From Spirochaetia bacterium (lineage in GTDB: Bacteria > Spirochaetota > Spirochaetia > UBA9216): DNA of 64,000 bases. Position 1 is the stretch's first letter; the number at the start of each line of letters is the position of its first letter. A model generated the notes under the pieces. The model was not told the origin of the DNA and ran no database searches. It was given only the letters and a program-made list of their open reading frames with translations. This document shows, in pieces, positions 11,187 to 21,311 of the stretch. The DNA is taken from positions 2,560,001 to 2,624,000 of the forward strand of contig OY776510.1 in assembly GCA_963675665.1 (NCBI GenBank), in the 5' to 3' direction. The position numbers and the translations under genes were made by a program.

Positions 11187-11612
11187 TTGAGCAATCTTAA
11201 TCCTTTAAATGCATACCGGGAAACAAATATTAAAACAGCGAGTCAGGGCAAACTGGTTATCATGCTTTATGAAGAAGCCATAAGGCAGATGGAAGTTGCG
11301 GTAAAAGGACTTGGCAGCGGTAATACAAAGCTTGATTCGATAAGTAACTCTATTATAAAGGCTCAGGACGTCATAACCGAATTAATGGTTTCGCTTGATT
11401 TTGAAAAAGGCGGCGATATCGCCAATAACCTGTACAGCCTTTATATATTTTTCAACCGGCAGCTGATGCAGGCCAATGTGCAGAAAGATGCGGAAATGAT
11501 TGTTCCGATACTTGATATGATGAAAGATCTGAAAGAAGCCTGGGGACAGGTGTTCAAGAAAGCAGGAACAGGATCTTCAGGAGTTCCCGGAGGGGTAAAT
11601 ATTGCAGGCTGA
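11187..11612 (+). CDS. fliS: Flagellar export chaperone FliS
   Basis: AYRET..TASQGKLVIMLYE, KAQDVITELMVSLDFEKGGDIANNLYSLY, LKEAW. Confidence 0.95.
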   Translation: MSNLNPLNAYRETNIKTASQGKLVIMLYEEAIRQMEVAVKGLGSGNTKLDSISNSIIKAQDVITELMVSLDFEKGGDIANNLYSLYIFFNRQLMQANVQKDAEMIVPILDMMKDLKEAWGQVFKKAGTGSSGVPGGVNIAG

Positions 11613-12022
11613 TGAAAGCTTCCGGGGCCCTCGGTTTATACATACGGGAACTGCATAAAAATTATCTTAAACTTAATGAAATTCTCAAACTGGAATCGGA
11701 CGACATCGCTTCGCTTGATGAACTGAAACTCGGACTCCATATCAGGATGGAATCAGAAACAGTAGACGCAATCAAATCGCTTACCGAAACAATAAGAACC
11801 TATCTCGAACAAACAGCAGTCGGAGATAGTGATGCCGGGCTTCTTAAAGAAGCTGAAGAGCTGAAAAAAAGCGCTGCAGCCCGGTCAAAGGAAAATTTAT
11901 CCGCCCTCAATGAAGGCATGCGGGGATTAAAAACAAAAATAGCCTCAATCAAACTTCCACAATCAGCCCGTAGGGTATATTATTCAGGTAATAACCCGAC
12001 TTTAATGGATATTGAAATATGA
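11612..12022 (+). CDS. Helical protein, possibly FlgN/FliT-like flagellar chaperone
   Basis: Coupled to fliS; helical; ends LMDIEI. Confidence 0.5.
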   Translation: MKASGALGLYIRELHKNYLKLNEILKLESDDIASLDELKLGLHIRMESETVDAIKSLTETIRTYLEQTAVGDSDAGLLKEAEELKKSAAARSKENLSALNEGMRGLKTKIASIKLPQSARRVYYSGNNPTLMDIEI

Positions 12023-14853
12023 AAAAAGAAAAACCGGCCTTGTATCTTCTCGACGGTTACAGTCTTATTTACAGATCTTATTTTGCATTTATCAACAGAC
12101 CTCTTCTGAATTCCAGAGGGTTTAATACCTCTGCAGTCTTCGGTTTTTTCAGATCCGTTGCAGCCCTTCTTGAAAGCCGCCAGCCGGAACTGTTCGGTGT
12201 GGTTCTTGATTCAACAACTCCTACATTCAGGCATGAAATGTATCCGGAATACAAAGCGAACCGTGAAAAGGCCCCGGAAGACCTCCATGCGCAGGTGCCC
12301 GTAATCCAGGAGATCCTAAAAGCCATGAAGATTAAATCCGTCAGAATGGACGGGTTTGAGGCTGATGATATTATTGCCTACTTTGCATCAAAATGCGTGG
12401 AAGAAGGACGAGAATGCTATATCATTACCGGTGATAAAGACCTGTTGCAGCTTGTCGGAAATGGCGTCAAAATCATGAAACCTGACAAGGGCGATTATCA
12501 GCTTCTTGATGAATCGGACGTTTCAGAGGTGTGGGGAGTAAAACCCGAACAGATAATCGACTACCTTGCACTTACCGGAGATTCGGCGGACAATGTTCCG
12601 GGCGTAAAAGGCATAGGCCCCAAAACTGCCGTAAAACTTCTTGCGGAGCACGGAAACCTTGAAGGAATATATGAGAATATTGAACAGCAGTCCGCAGGCA
12701 TAGGTAAGAAACTGTCTGAAAACAGGGAGAATGCATTTCTAAGCCGCAAACTCGTTACTCTTGCGCATGATTTCGGACTTACGGCAATTCCTGATGATCT
12801 TTCATGTGTTGAGATCGATCGTTCTGCAGGCGCTGCGGTTCTGCGGCGAGAAGAAGTCAACAGCATTGCCGACAGGCTTGACGGTAAAAGTACAGAAAGC
12901 AAAGAAAATGAAAAGGCCGGCAATAAAAAAAGCCCGGCAGCAGCCCCGGGCAACGGAGAGTCTCCCGTTGCCGAAATTATCTATAAAGGAATTTCAAGCC
13001 TGGGCGCTGAATACGGAGTTCCGTCGGGAAAGGGCAGTTATGAAGCTGTTACCACATCCGACCGGCTCAATGCCTGGATTGAAAAAGTCAGCGCTGCCGG
13101 AACATTTGCGTTCGACTCGGAAACAACCGATCTTGATTCAATGAAGGCGCTTCCGGTCGGTTTTTCATTATCGACAGCTGCAGGCGAAGGCTGCTATATT
13201 CCTTTGCGTGCGGCCGCCGGAGCTGAAGCCGGGGAGGATGAAGAGGGAACGGCCGTTAAAACCTGGCTGGAAGAAGATATCGTCAGGGCGGCGCTGAAAA
13301 GAATCCTTGAGGACCCGTCCCTGAAACTGGTCGGTCAGAACATAAAATACGATTACAAGGTGATGAAACGGTGGGGAATCGAAATAAAAAATATTGCGTT
13401 TGATACAATGACCGCCGCATGGATTCTGGACAGCAGCCTCGGTTCGTACAATATGGACTTTCTTGCCGAGCGCGCGCTTGGTTACAAAACAGTTCATTAT
13501 TCAGACATTGTTGCAAAAGGCGAAACCTTTGATACTGTTCCGCTTGAAACAGCTGTAGAATACGCAGCCGAAGATGCGGATATTACCTTTCGCCTTTATC
13601 AGGCTTTTACGCCCGAACTCGAGGCGCGCGGGAAAACAGAGCTTTACAACACTTTGGAGCTGCCGCTTGTAAGAATCCTTGCCGAAATGGAGATGGCCGG
13701 AATAAGGCTTGCTCCCGGGCTGCTGAAGGATTTCGGCAAGGATGTGGGAGAGCAGCTGGAAGTTATCGAGGCTGAAATATACGAACTCTGCGGTGAAGAG
13801 TTCAATATCAATTCCACCAAACAACTTCAGGAAATCCTGTTTGAAAAACGCGGTTTGAAACCCGTGAAGAAGACAAAGACCGGTTATTCCACCAATGTTC
13901 AGGTGCTTGAAATCCTTGCCGACCAGGACCCTGTTCCTGAAAAGATACTTGAACACCGCAGCCTTTCAAAACTCAAATCGACATATATCGATACCCTGCC
14001 GGCGCTGATAAACCCGGAAACCGGGCGTATCCATACGCAGTTTATTCAGACCGGAACAGCTACCGGCAGGCTTTCGTCGAAAGACCCGAACCTTCAGAAT
14101 ATCCCGATAAAAACTGATAACGGAAGAAGAATCCGCGAAGCTTTCATCCCGGCGGACGGGTGTGTTTTCATAAGCGCCGACTACTCACAGATTGAGCTGG
14201 TAGTACTGGCCCATCTTTCCGGTGATGAGGGGCTCCAAAAGGCATTTTCCGGGGGCGAGGATGTTCACAGGCAGACGGCGTCGTTGATATTCGGCGTATT
14301 CCCCGAAATGGTTACGCCGGAACAGCGCCGTGTGGCAAAGACGATAAATTTCGGCGTAATGTACGGCATGTCGGCTTTCAGGCTTTCGCGTGAGCTGAAG
14401 ATACCCCGGCGCCAGGCTGATGAGTTTATAGGCGCTTATTTCAGCCGGTACAGCAGGCTGCAGGAATTTATCGACAGAACAGGCGAAGAAGCACGAAAAA
14501 CGGGCACTGTTAAAACTCTTCGCGGACATGAACGGTTCATCCACGGTATAAACAGCAGAAACGCTACCGAACGTGCCGGCGCCGAACGAATCGCGCTCAA
14601 TACCCCGATCCAGGGGTCCGCCGCCGACATAGTTAAGATGTCGATGCTCAAAATTACTGAGAAACTGGGTGAGCGCGGGATGAAATCCAGGTTGCTGCTG
14701 CAGGTACACGACGAGCTGATCTTTGAAGTTCCGGAAAACGAGGTGGAGCAGATGGAAATTCTTGTCAGGGAAACAATGGAATCGGTTATAACCCTTGATA
14801 TCCCGCTTCGGGTATCGGTTGATATCGGAAAATGCTGGGGCGAGATGCATTAA
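12019..14853 (+). CDS. polA: DNA polymerase I
   Basis: 5'-3' exonuclease (LLDGYSLIYR, EADD, GDSADNVPGVKGIG), DSETT, TGRLSS, DYSQIEL, KTINFGVMYG, QVHDE. Confidence 0.98.
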   Translation: MKKEKPALYLLDGYSLIYRSYFAFINRPLLNSRGFNTSAVFGFFRSVAALLESRQPELFGVVLDSTTPTFRHEMYPEYKANREKAPEDLHAQVPVIQEILKAMKIKSVRMDGFEADDIIAYFASKCVEEGRECYIITGDKDLLQLVGNGVKIMKPDKGDYQLLDESDVSEVWGVKPEQIIDYLALTGDSADNVPGVKGIGPKTAVKLLAEHGNLEGIYENIEQQSAGIGKKLSENRENAFLSRKLVTLAHDFGLTAIPDDLSCVEIDRSAGAAVLRREEVNSIADRLDGKSTESKENEKAGNKKSPAAAPGNGESPVAEIIYKGISSLGAEYGVPSGKGSYEAVTTSDRLNAWIEKVSAAGTFAFDSETTDLDSMKALPVGFSLSTAAGEGCYIPLRAAAGAEAGEDEEGTAVKTWLEEDIVRAALKRILEDPSLKLVGQNIKYDYKVMKRWGIEIKNIAFDTMTAAWILDSSLGSYNMDFLAERALGYKTVHYSDIVAKGETFDTVPLETAVEYAAEDADITFRLYQAFTPELEARGKTELYNTLELPLVRILAEMEMAGIRLAPGLLKDFGKDVGEQLEVIEAEIYELCGEEFNINSTKQLQEILFEKRGLKPVKKTKTGYSTNVQVLEILADQDPVPEKILEHRSLSKLKSTYIDTLPALINPETGRIHTQFIQTGTATGRLSSKDPNLQNIPIKTDNGRRIREAFIPADGCVFISADYSQIELVVLAHLSGDEGLQKAFSGGEDVHRQTASLIFGVFPEMVTPEQRRVAKTINFGVMYGMSAFRLSRELKIPRRQADEFIGAYFSRYSRLQEFIDRTGEEARKTGTVKTLRGHERFIHGINSRNATERAGAERIALNTPIQGSAADIVKMSMLKITEKLGERGMKSRLLLQVHDELIFEVPENEVEQMEILVRETMESVITLDIPLRVSVDIGKCWGEMH

Positions 14854-15473
14854 TGATTATCGGTCTTACCGGAAAGTATTGTGCCGGCAAGAATGCCGCA
14901 GCGGCTGTGTTTGAAGAGAAAGGAATCCCTTCAATCGACGTGGACAAGCTTGGCCATCGCGCGCTTGACGCCCGGATAGAAGAAATTGCCGAAGCCTTTG
15001 GCCCTGAAGTTGTTGTAACGGATAAAAACGGTAAACGTACAGTAGACCGCAAAGCTCTCGGCAGTATTGTTTTTTCTGATCCGCAGAAGTTGTTCCGGCT
15101 TGAAAAAATCTCGCATCCGTGGATGAAAGCCGAAACCGCAAGGCTTACAGCCGGATATAAGGCGGAAGGCCGCAGACATGTAGTCGTTAATGCCGCAATT
15201 CTTTACAGGATGGAACTTGATAAACTGTGCGACTGCGTTATATGGATTGAGGCGCCGCTGGTTACACGCTTCAGAAGAGCATTAAAGAGGGATTCTGCCG
15301 GTATTGCAGCTGTAATAAAAAGAATTTACACACAAAGACAACTCAAGCCTAAACCATCTGAAAATTCTGTCGATATTTATAGAGTAGAGAACAGAACGGG
15401 AATTTCTCCGCTCAGGCTGAAAATTGAGCATGTTCTCAATGAAATTGAGCAGAAGGGAAGCGATGGAAGATAA
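14853..15473 (+). CDS. coaE: Dephospho-CoA kinase
   Basis: IIGLTGKYCAGKN P-loop, DVDKLGH, VDRKALGSIVF, HP; follows polA. Confidence 0.9.
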   Translation: MIIGLTGKYCAGKNAAAAVFEEKGIPSIDVDKLGHRALDARIEEIAEAFGPEVVVTDKNGKRTVDRKALGSIVFSDPQKLFRLEKISHPWMKAETARLTAGYKAEGRRHVVVNAAILYRMELDKLCDCVIWIEAPLVTRFRRALKRDSAGIAAVIKRIYTQRQLKPKPSENSVDIYRVENRTGISPLRLKIEHVLNEIEQKGSDGR

Positions 15474-16161
15474 GAAAACGCTATGGATTATTCTTGGAGT
15501 AGGTGTTTGCGTACTGATAGTAACCGCTGTAGGTTTCTTCTGGTTTCTGCCGTCAGATCAGAGCCTTGCAGCAACAGGCGGGTCAGAAGGTGTAGTTAAT
15601 GCCGGAAGAGCCGGCTTTGATGCAGTAGAATGGGTGCGTCAGGATGAATCCTTCCCGGGAATCAAGGAAGAGACGGAACAGCCTGATGACTTTGTGGTTG
15701 TTTCGGAAGAACTTGTATACGGACTGCCTGAGGACGGCGGAAATTCAGCAAATGCCCGGAACGATGTCAAACAGGAAGGGGAAACCATTACGCTGAATAT
15801 TCCGGAAGCTGAGCCTGTTAAAAAAGCTCCCGCAGCAGAGCTTGCGGCAGCTCCCGTCAGAACAGCTGCCCCGCAGCAGCAGGCTAAACCAGTCGAGAAA
15901 AAATCCGTCAGGGTTACTGAATACTGGATACAGGCGGGAAGTTTTTCGAGCTTGGCCAAGGCAACGGAAGTCAGGGAAAAACTGAGTGACAACGGCGCAT
16001 TAAGTACCGTTTCGACTACAAACGTAAACGGAACAAATTTTTACAGGGTACGGCTTGGACCTTACAGCGATCAGATGGAAGCAGACAAGTTTCTTACATG
16101 GATCAAGGCTGTAGAAGGTTTCGAGAACAGTTACATATCAGAGGTATATGTAACGAGATAG
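15463..16161 (+). CDS. Membrane-anchored SPOR-domain protein
   Basis: N-terminal TM, Ala/Pro linker, YWIQAGSFS and YRVRLGPY. Confidence 0.9.
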   Translation: MEDKKTLWIILGVGVCVLIVTAVGFFWFLPSDQSLAATGGSEGVVNAGRAGFDAVEWVRQDESFPGIKEETEQPDDFVVVSEELVYGLPEDGGNSANARNDVKQEGETITLNIPEAEPVKKAPAAELAAAPVRTAAPQQQAKPVEKKSVRVTEYWIQAGSFSSLAKATEVREKLSDNGALSTVSTTNVNGTNFYRVRLGPYSDQMEADKFLTWIKAVEGFENSYISEVYVTR

Positions 16162-16166
16162 AATTT

Positions 16167-16366
16167 TCCGGCGGGAAAAAAAGTCTCGCCGGACTGTAAT
16201 AACTCATGACACAATTGGTGTTATGAGTTATTACCCGGAGTTTATTTATTTCCTTACTGTAAATAAACTCCATTACATCAGTTGTAAACTTCTAAAAGCT
16301 GAAGTTTTAGAAGTTTCATTTAATTAAGGGTTTTGATCGGTTCCGCGCAAGCGGGCCGATTTTTTT
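16167..16366. repeat. Cluster of five adjacent inverted repeats; first and last are terminator-like
   Basis: Stems at 16167-16193, 16197-16233, 16237-16271, 16286-16316 and 16336-16360 plus T run. Confidence 0.75.
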
Positions 16367-16482
16367 GCCTGTCAATAACCCCCGTCGTAAAAAAAGCCCT
16401 GATCAGATAAAGCAAATTATGTAACAGTTGCTATCTGTTTCCCGGTAACTTATAATTAAGTTAAGAGGTAGCTTGATTTTCA

Positions 16483-18444
16483 ATGAAGCTTTCCGGAATA
16501 TTGGAAATTATATGTATTACGATTGTTAACCTGGTTTTTGCAGCCGTGACAATTAACGCTCAGGATAAACAAATCGCTCTCTCTGCTGAAGAACGGTTAT
16601 GGCTTGACAACCACCCGGAAATTCGTGTCGTTCAGGACCCCGGCTGGCCTCCGGTCGAATTCAAGGATTCAGACGGCAGGAATTCAGGCATGACTTATGA
16701 TTATTTGAAACTGATTGAAAAACGTTTGGGTATTACATTTACGATATGTCAGGTCGACAGCTGGCAGGAGGCATATGCCGGTTTGCAAAGCCGGGAATTT
16801 GATATGACTACTTCAGTTTCAAGTTCACCGGAACGTCTTGAATTCCTTGATTTTACAGAACCGTATATGACTATTCCCATAGCCATTATGACAAATACAG
16901 ATTTAACCTATATCTCATCCCTCGATGAACTGAACAACAGAAATATTGCCATAGTTAAAGACTATGTTGTTTCCGATTTGATTCCGCATGATTTTCCTGA
17001 AATCAAATTGGTGGAGGTTAAAAGTACACGCGAGGGGCTTGAGATGCTTCAGAAAAAAGAAGTATTCGGGTTTATTGAGAATATGCTGGTTGCCGGATAC
17101 TACATGACCCAATTGAAATTAACAGATATAAAGGTCGCAGGAGAAACCCCTTATAAAAATGAACAGGCAATGGCCGTGAGGAATGACTGGCCCATTCTTG
17201 CCGATATCCTTCAGAAAGCGCTTGATTCCATTACAGAAGCCGAACGCGATGAAATATATTTTAAATGGATTCAAATCAGATACGAACACGGAACCGATTA
17301 CACTTTATTATGGAGAGTTTTGGCAGTCTCCGCCTTTTTCTTCCTGCTGCTTGCGTTCTGGATATTTAAATTGCGCAAGGAAATTAATCGGAGAACCAGA
17401 GTCGAACTTGCATTGACTGAGTCAGAATTTCAGCTGCGCTCTCACCTTAGAAACACACCGATGGGCGTAATCAAATGGGACCGGGAATTTATTGTTCGGG
17501 AATGGAATCCGGCTGCCGGGAGGATTTTCGGGTATACCGCTGAAGAAATTACAGAACTGGACGGACTTTGTATGTTTCCGGAATCGGATTATCAGCAGGT
17601 TAAGAACAGTTTAATACAGTTGATCAGCAGAAATACAGAGAATGAACAGTACAGGCATAATATTACTGATTGTGTCACCAAATCGGGGGAAACAATTATT
17701 TGTGAATGGTTTAATACCCCAATCATTTCTTCGACAGGTATTATTACCGGTGCAGCAGCTTTGGTCCGGGATATCACTTCTCATGTTTTGGCTGAAAAAC
17801 AAGTTAAAATATCGCTGAAAGAAAAAGAGATCCTTCTACATGAACTTAACCACCGTACAAAAAATAATATGCAATTGATTTCATCATTTCTGAATCTTGA
17901 AGCCCGGCTTGTACAAAGCAAAAAAGTTGACAAGCTGGTTGAAAAAGTGGATTTACGGATACTTGCAATTTCGCAGGTGTATGAAAAACTTTGCCAGTCA
18001 AAAAGTCTGTCAAAGCTCAATATTCGTGACTACATTGAAGATGTTGTTTATCTTGTCGGTAATATTTATTCTTCAGGTTCCAAAAAAATTACCAATATCC
18101 AGGATATTGATGAAATTGAATTGCCAATCGACATAGTAGTCCCGCTCGGCCTCGTTATAACTGAAATTGTAACCAATACTTATAAATATGCTTTCCCTGA
18201 TAAAAGAAGCGGAACGCTGACGATTCAACTTCATCAGGATGAAGATGGTGCAGTTATTCTTGATATTTATGATGACGGTGTCGGTTTCCCTGCGAAAGTG
18301 ATTCAGGACCCTTCATCCTTCGGAATAAATACTGTTTACAATATTATCAAAATGCAGCTGCACGGTGATGTGGAAATTACAACCGGCAACGGTACAGCTT
18401 ATCATATTCTTATGAATAATATTGCTGTGCGGGAACGGCTGTAA
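16483..18444 (+). CDS. Sensor histidine kinase (periplasmic SBP family 3 domain, PAS, HisKA_2-type kinase)
   Basis: LSAEERLWL..DPGWPPVEF, FTEPY; TM; WNPAAGRIFGY PAS; HELNHRTKNNMQ; DDGVGF. Confidence 0.9.
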   Translation: MKLSGILEIICITIVNLVFAAVTINAQDKQIALSAEERLWLDNHPEIRVVQDPGWPPVEFKDSDGRNSGMTYDYLKLIEKRLGITFTICQVDSWQEAYAGLQSREFDMTTSVSSSPERLEFLDFTEPYMTIPIAIMTNTDLTYISSLDELNNRNIAIVKDYVVSDLIPHDFPEIKLVEVKSTREGLEMLQKKEVFGFIENMLVAGYYMTQLKLTDIKVAGETPYKNEQAMAVRNDWPILADILQKALDSITEAERDEIYFKWIQIRYEHGTDYTLLWRVLAVSAFFFLLLAFWIFKLRKEINRRTRVELALTESEFQLRSHLRNTPMGVIKWDREFIVREWNPAAGRIFGYTAEEITELDGLCMFPESDYQQVKNSLIQLISRNTENEQYRHNITDCVTKSGETIICEWFNTPIISSTGIITGAAALVRDITSHVLAEKQVKISLKEKEILLHELNHRTKNNMQLISSFLNLEARLVQSKKVDKLVEKVDLRILAISQVYEKLCQSKSLSKLNIRDYIEDVVYLVGNIYSSGSKKITNIQDIDEIELPIDIVVPLGLVITEIVTNTYKYAFPDKRSGTLTIQLHQDEDGAVILDIYDDGVGFPAKVIQDPSSFGINTVYNIIKMQLHGDVEITTGNGTAYHILMNNIAVRERL

Positions 18445-18542
18445 AGGTTTATCTGAAACATTCCGGGCTAACAGCAATAAAGATCTGGAAATATTTGAAA
18501 CACCGGTTTAAAATTAGAAGTCAAAAAAGTCTGGAGGATTGT

Positions 18543-19493
18543 ATGAAAACCTTTTTAAAATCTGAAATTTACGGAAAAGGATTTTTTAAACGCTATTTGA
18601 TTTTTCTTATTCCGATACTGATCCTGTCGGCAATCTCACAACGGTCTAATAACACAATGCCGATGCTCTCGAGCCTTGCATCCATAGCGGAGTCGTACCT
18701 TGCAATGCTTCTGGGTGTTGCATTCTTCGGGTATATGATTCAGTTTGTTTTATTCAAAGACAAAAGTTTCGGATTTAAAGGTTCGGTAGGCGAAGCAGCG
18801 CCGAAATTCCTGAAATGGTATCTTCTGACTGTAATTACCCTTGGGATATACAGTCCCTGGTATATAAAAAATCTCGCGGATTATTATTTGAGCAGAATTG
18901 AATACCAGGAAAAATCCGGAGAGCTGCTGAGCCGGCCCGGAGTATTGCTTAAGTATATGCTTTTAACTTTATATATTCCGATGATTGTACTTTCTGTTCT
19001 TCTGGTAATATTTATGTACAGAAATTCCTGGCTGGACGGATCTGCGGTCTTTTCAGCAGTTGCGGGACCGGTATTTTTGTTTGTACTGATTATTTTTCTG
19101 GCTCTGATTCCGTTTATGTATTTTTATTTTGTATGGCTGCTGCATGCCCGGTTTGGAGATTTCAGCACTGATTTTACGAAGACTCTGCGCGAGACTGCCG
19201 CACTTCTGATTCCGCAGCTGCTCCTGAGTGTGATCACTTTATTTATTTATTATCCTGCAGCATGCATAAAGATTTTTCGTTATCTGCTGGGAGGAACTGA
19301 ATACAGCGCCGAATCGGGTGTAAAAGGCGGCTTCGGTTTTGACGGCACGGCAGGCAGGGGCTTTCTTTTAATTTGGGGGCAGGGGCTTTTAACGCTCATC
19401 ACTGTCGGGATTTACGGCCCCTGGGCCATGGCAAAGCTGACGAACTGGTTTCTGAATAACACGTTTATTATTGAAGGTGAGACCGCTAACTAA
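18543..19493 (+). CDS. DUF898/YjgN-like membrane protein
   Basis: Repeated LLTxITLGIYxPW motifs. Confidence 0.75.
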   Translation: MKTFLKSEIYGKGFFKRYLIFLIPILILSAISQRSNNTMPMLSSLASIAESYLAMLLGVAFFGYMIQFVLFKDKSFGFKGSVGEAAPKFLKWYLLTVITLGIYSPWYIKNLADYYLSRIEYQEKSGELLSRPGVLLKYMLLTLYIPMIVLSVLLVIFMYRNSWLDGSAVFSAVAGPVFLFVLIIFLALIPFMYFYFVWLLHARFGDFSTDFTKTLRETAALLIPQLLLSVITLFIYYPAACIKIFRYLLGGTEYSAESGVKGGFGFDGTAGRGFLLIWGQGLLTLITVGIYGPWAMAKLTNWFLNNTFIIEGETAN

Positions 19494-19506
19494 ACGCTAA
19501 GGCTTT

Positions 19507-20241
19507 TTAAATTCCTTCCCGGCTTAAATGCTTCTCCACACTGGCAAGATGTTTCTGCATGGCAATTGATGCTGCTTCAGAATCTCCGGCCTTTACAGCA
19601 GCCAGTATTTCTCTGTGTTCATCCAGGGATTGTTTTGTATGTTCCTGTTTGATCAGGGAGACCCGTTTACTTTCATTACCGAGGTCATTAAGCATCATAC
19701 CAATCTGGACCAGAATAATATTTTTGCATGCTCCGACAAGCAGTTCATGAAACCTGGCCGCCTGGTTTATCACCTTCTTGCGGCTGTATACTGCTGCTTC
19801 CATACTGGACAGGTCTTCTTCCATTTCAGCTATTTCCCTTTCTTCTGCATTCTTTGCAGCAAGGGAAGCAATATAAGGTTCGAAACACTTTCTGGCTTCA
19901 ATTAAATCCTTCAGAGGATGCTGTTTCAGCACGGATATCCATTGTGCACTGTCATAAATCTGGTTCTTTAACGGTCTGGAAGAAACGTATACCCCTGATC
20001 CCGGTCTTATCTCGAGAAGATTTATAAATTCCAGGAGTTTCAGTGCAAGGCGGACGGAATTTCTGCTGGCTCCGAATTTTTCCGATAAAGACCTTTCTCC
20101 GGGCAGTTTTTGCCCGGGTTTAAGCTCTCCCGACAGGATAAGACTTTTTAATTGATCTATAATTATTTCATAGGTGTTCTGTTTCCTGATTACAGTCAGT
20201 TTATCTGTTAAATCCGGTGCAGACCGGTCGTTGTCAGACAT
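19507..20241 (-). CDS. GntR/FadR-family transcriptional regulator
   Basis: GELKPGQKLPGERSL..SRNSVRLAL wHTH; FCD domain (FHELL, EHREIL, MQKHL). Confidence 0.93.
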   Translation of the reverse strand: MSDNDRSAPDLTDKLTVIRKQNTYEIIIDQLKSLILSGELKPGQKLPGERSLSEKFGASRNSVRLALKLLEFINLLEIRPGSGVYVSSRPLKNQIYDSAQWISVLKQHPLKDLIEARKCFEPYIASLAAKNAEEREIAEMEEDLSSMEAAVYSRKKVINQAARFHELLVGACKNIILVQIGMMLNDLGNESKRVSLIKQEHTKQSLDEHREILAAVKAGDSEAASIAMQKHLASVEKHLSREGI

Positions 20242-20345
20242 GTACATCTCCTTCCGTGAAACACACATCCCATGTTATACAATTTTTACTTATAATACAA
20301 TAAAAATTACCTTTGTCACTCTTTCAAAAATAAGACGGTTACGGC

Positions 20346-21233
20346 TTATATTTCTTCCAGCTCCCTTACAACCTTTTCAACATGCAACCGTGCTTCCTGA
20401 TCCAGCGGAAGAAGAGGGGGTACAGGATCGCCGACACTGAAACCCTGAATCGCAAGCCCGGCTTTAATACACGCCGCCATATTATATTTCTGAAATATGC
20501 GGTTTACTATCCATAATCTCTTTTGCAGCTCCAGCGCTTCTTTCCATTCCTTTTTAACACAGAGATCATAAAGACGTACGCTCTGCCTTGGTGTTATGCA
20601 TGCCGGGCCGGCCATCCAGCCTACACCTCCGAGCATCATGACAAAAAGAGGAATACTGGCAGAGGCGCTGAAAAGAGAAAGTTTATCCCCGACATCATGC
20701 TGAATTGTTAACAGCTTTCCGGTATTCCCGGAAGCATCCTTCAGGTATTTAATATTGGGGATTTCAGCCAGATCCCTGATAATATCTGTTGTCAGGTCGG
20801 TTTTTAAAAAACGGGGATTATTATAGATTACTATAGGGCAGGATGTAGCCTCTGCGATGCCTGAGAAATACGAGATAATCTGCTGCCCGCTCAATGGAAA
20901 ATATGAATCCATTACGGCAAGGATTCCCTGGACACCCATATGTTCAAATTCTGCAGCCTGCCTGGCCGCTTCCATATTGGAAGCATGGAAAACACCGGCT
21001 ACAACCGGGACCCTCCCGCCTGCCGCTTTTATTACAGCCTTTACAAATGCTTTACGCTGGCCCCAGTTAAGATAAGCAAATTCTCCGGTGCTTCCAAGCG
21101 GTGTCAGTCCGTGAACACCGCAGGCAATCAGATGATCTACCAGTTTATCAACAGCCTCAGTATTAATTGAACCGTCTTTATTAATCGGCGTTACCAGGTA
21201 AGGAAATACTCCTTTGAATTCAGTCTGTTCCAT
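20346..21233 (-). CDS. Dihydrodipicolinate synthase (DapA)-family aldolase/lyase
   Basis: LVTP, GSTGE, IYNNP, YLKDASG. Confidence 0.9.
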   Translation of the reverse strand: MEQTEFKGVFPYLVTPINKDGSINTEAVDKLVDHLIACGVHGLTPLGSTGEFAYLNWGQRKAFVKAVIKAAGGRVPVVAGVFHASNMEAARQAAEFEHMGVQGILAVMDSYFPLSGQQIISYFSGIAEATSCPIVIYNNPRFLKTDLTTDIIRDLAEIPNIKYLKDASGNTGKLLTIQHDVGDKLSLFSASASIPLFVMMLGGVGWMAGPACITPRQSVRLYDLCVKKEWKEALELQKRLWIVNRIFQKYNMAACIKAGLAIQGFSVGDPVPPLLPLDQEARLHVEKVVRELEEI

Positions 21234-21311
21234 AAAAAATCCTTTCTCTCACATGCTGTTACAATGCAGGGGAACCGGCTTGTATAATACCGGATTCCCC
21301 GCTGTTTTCTT

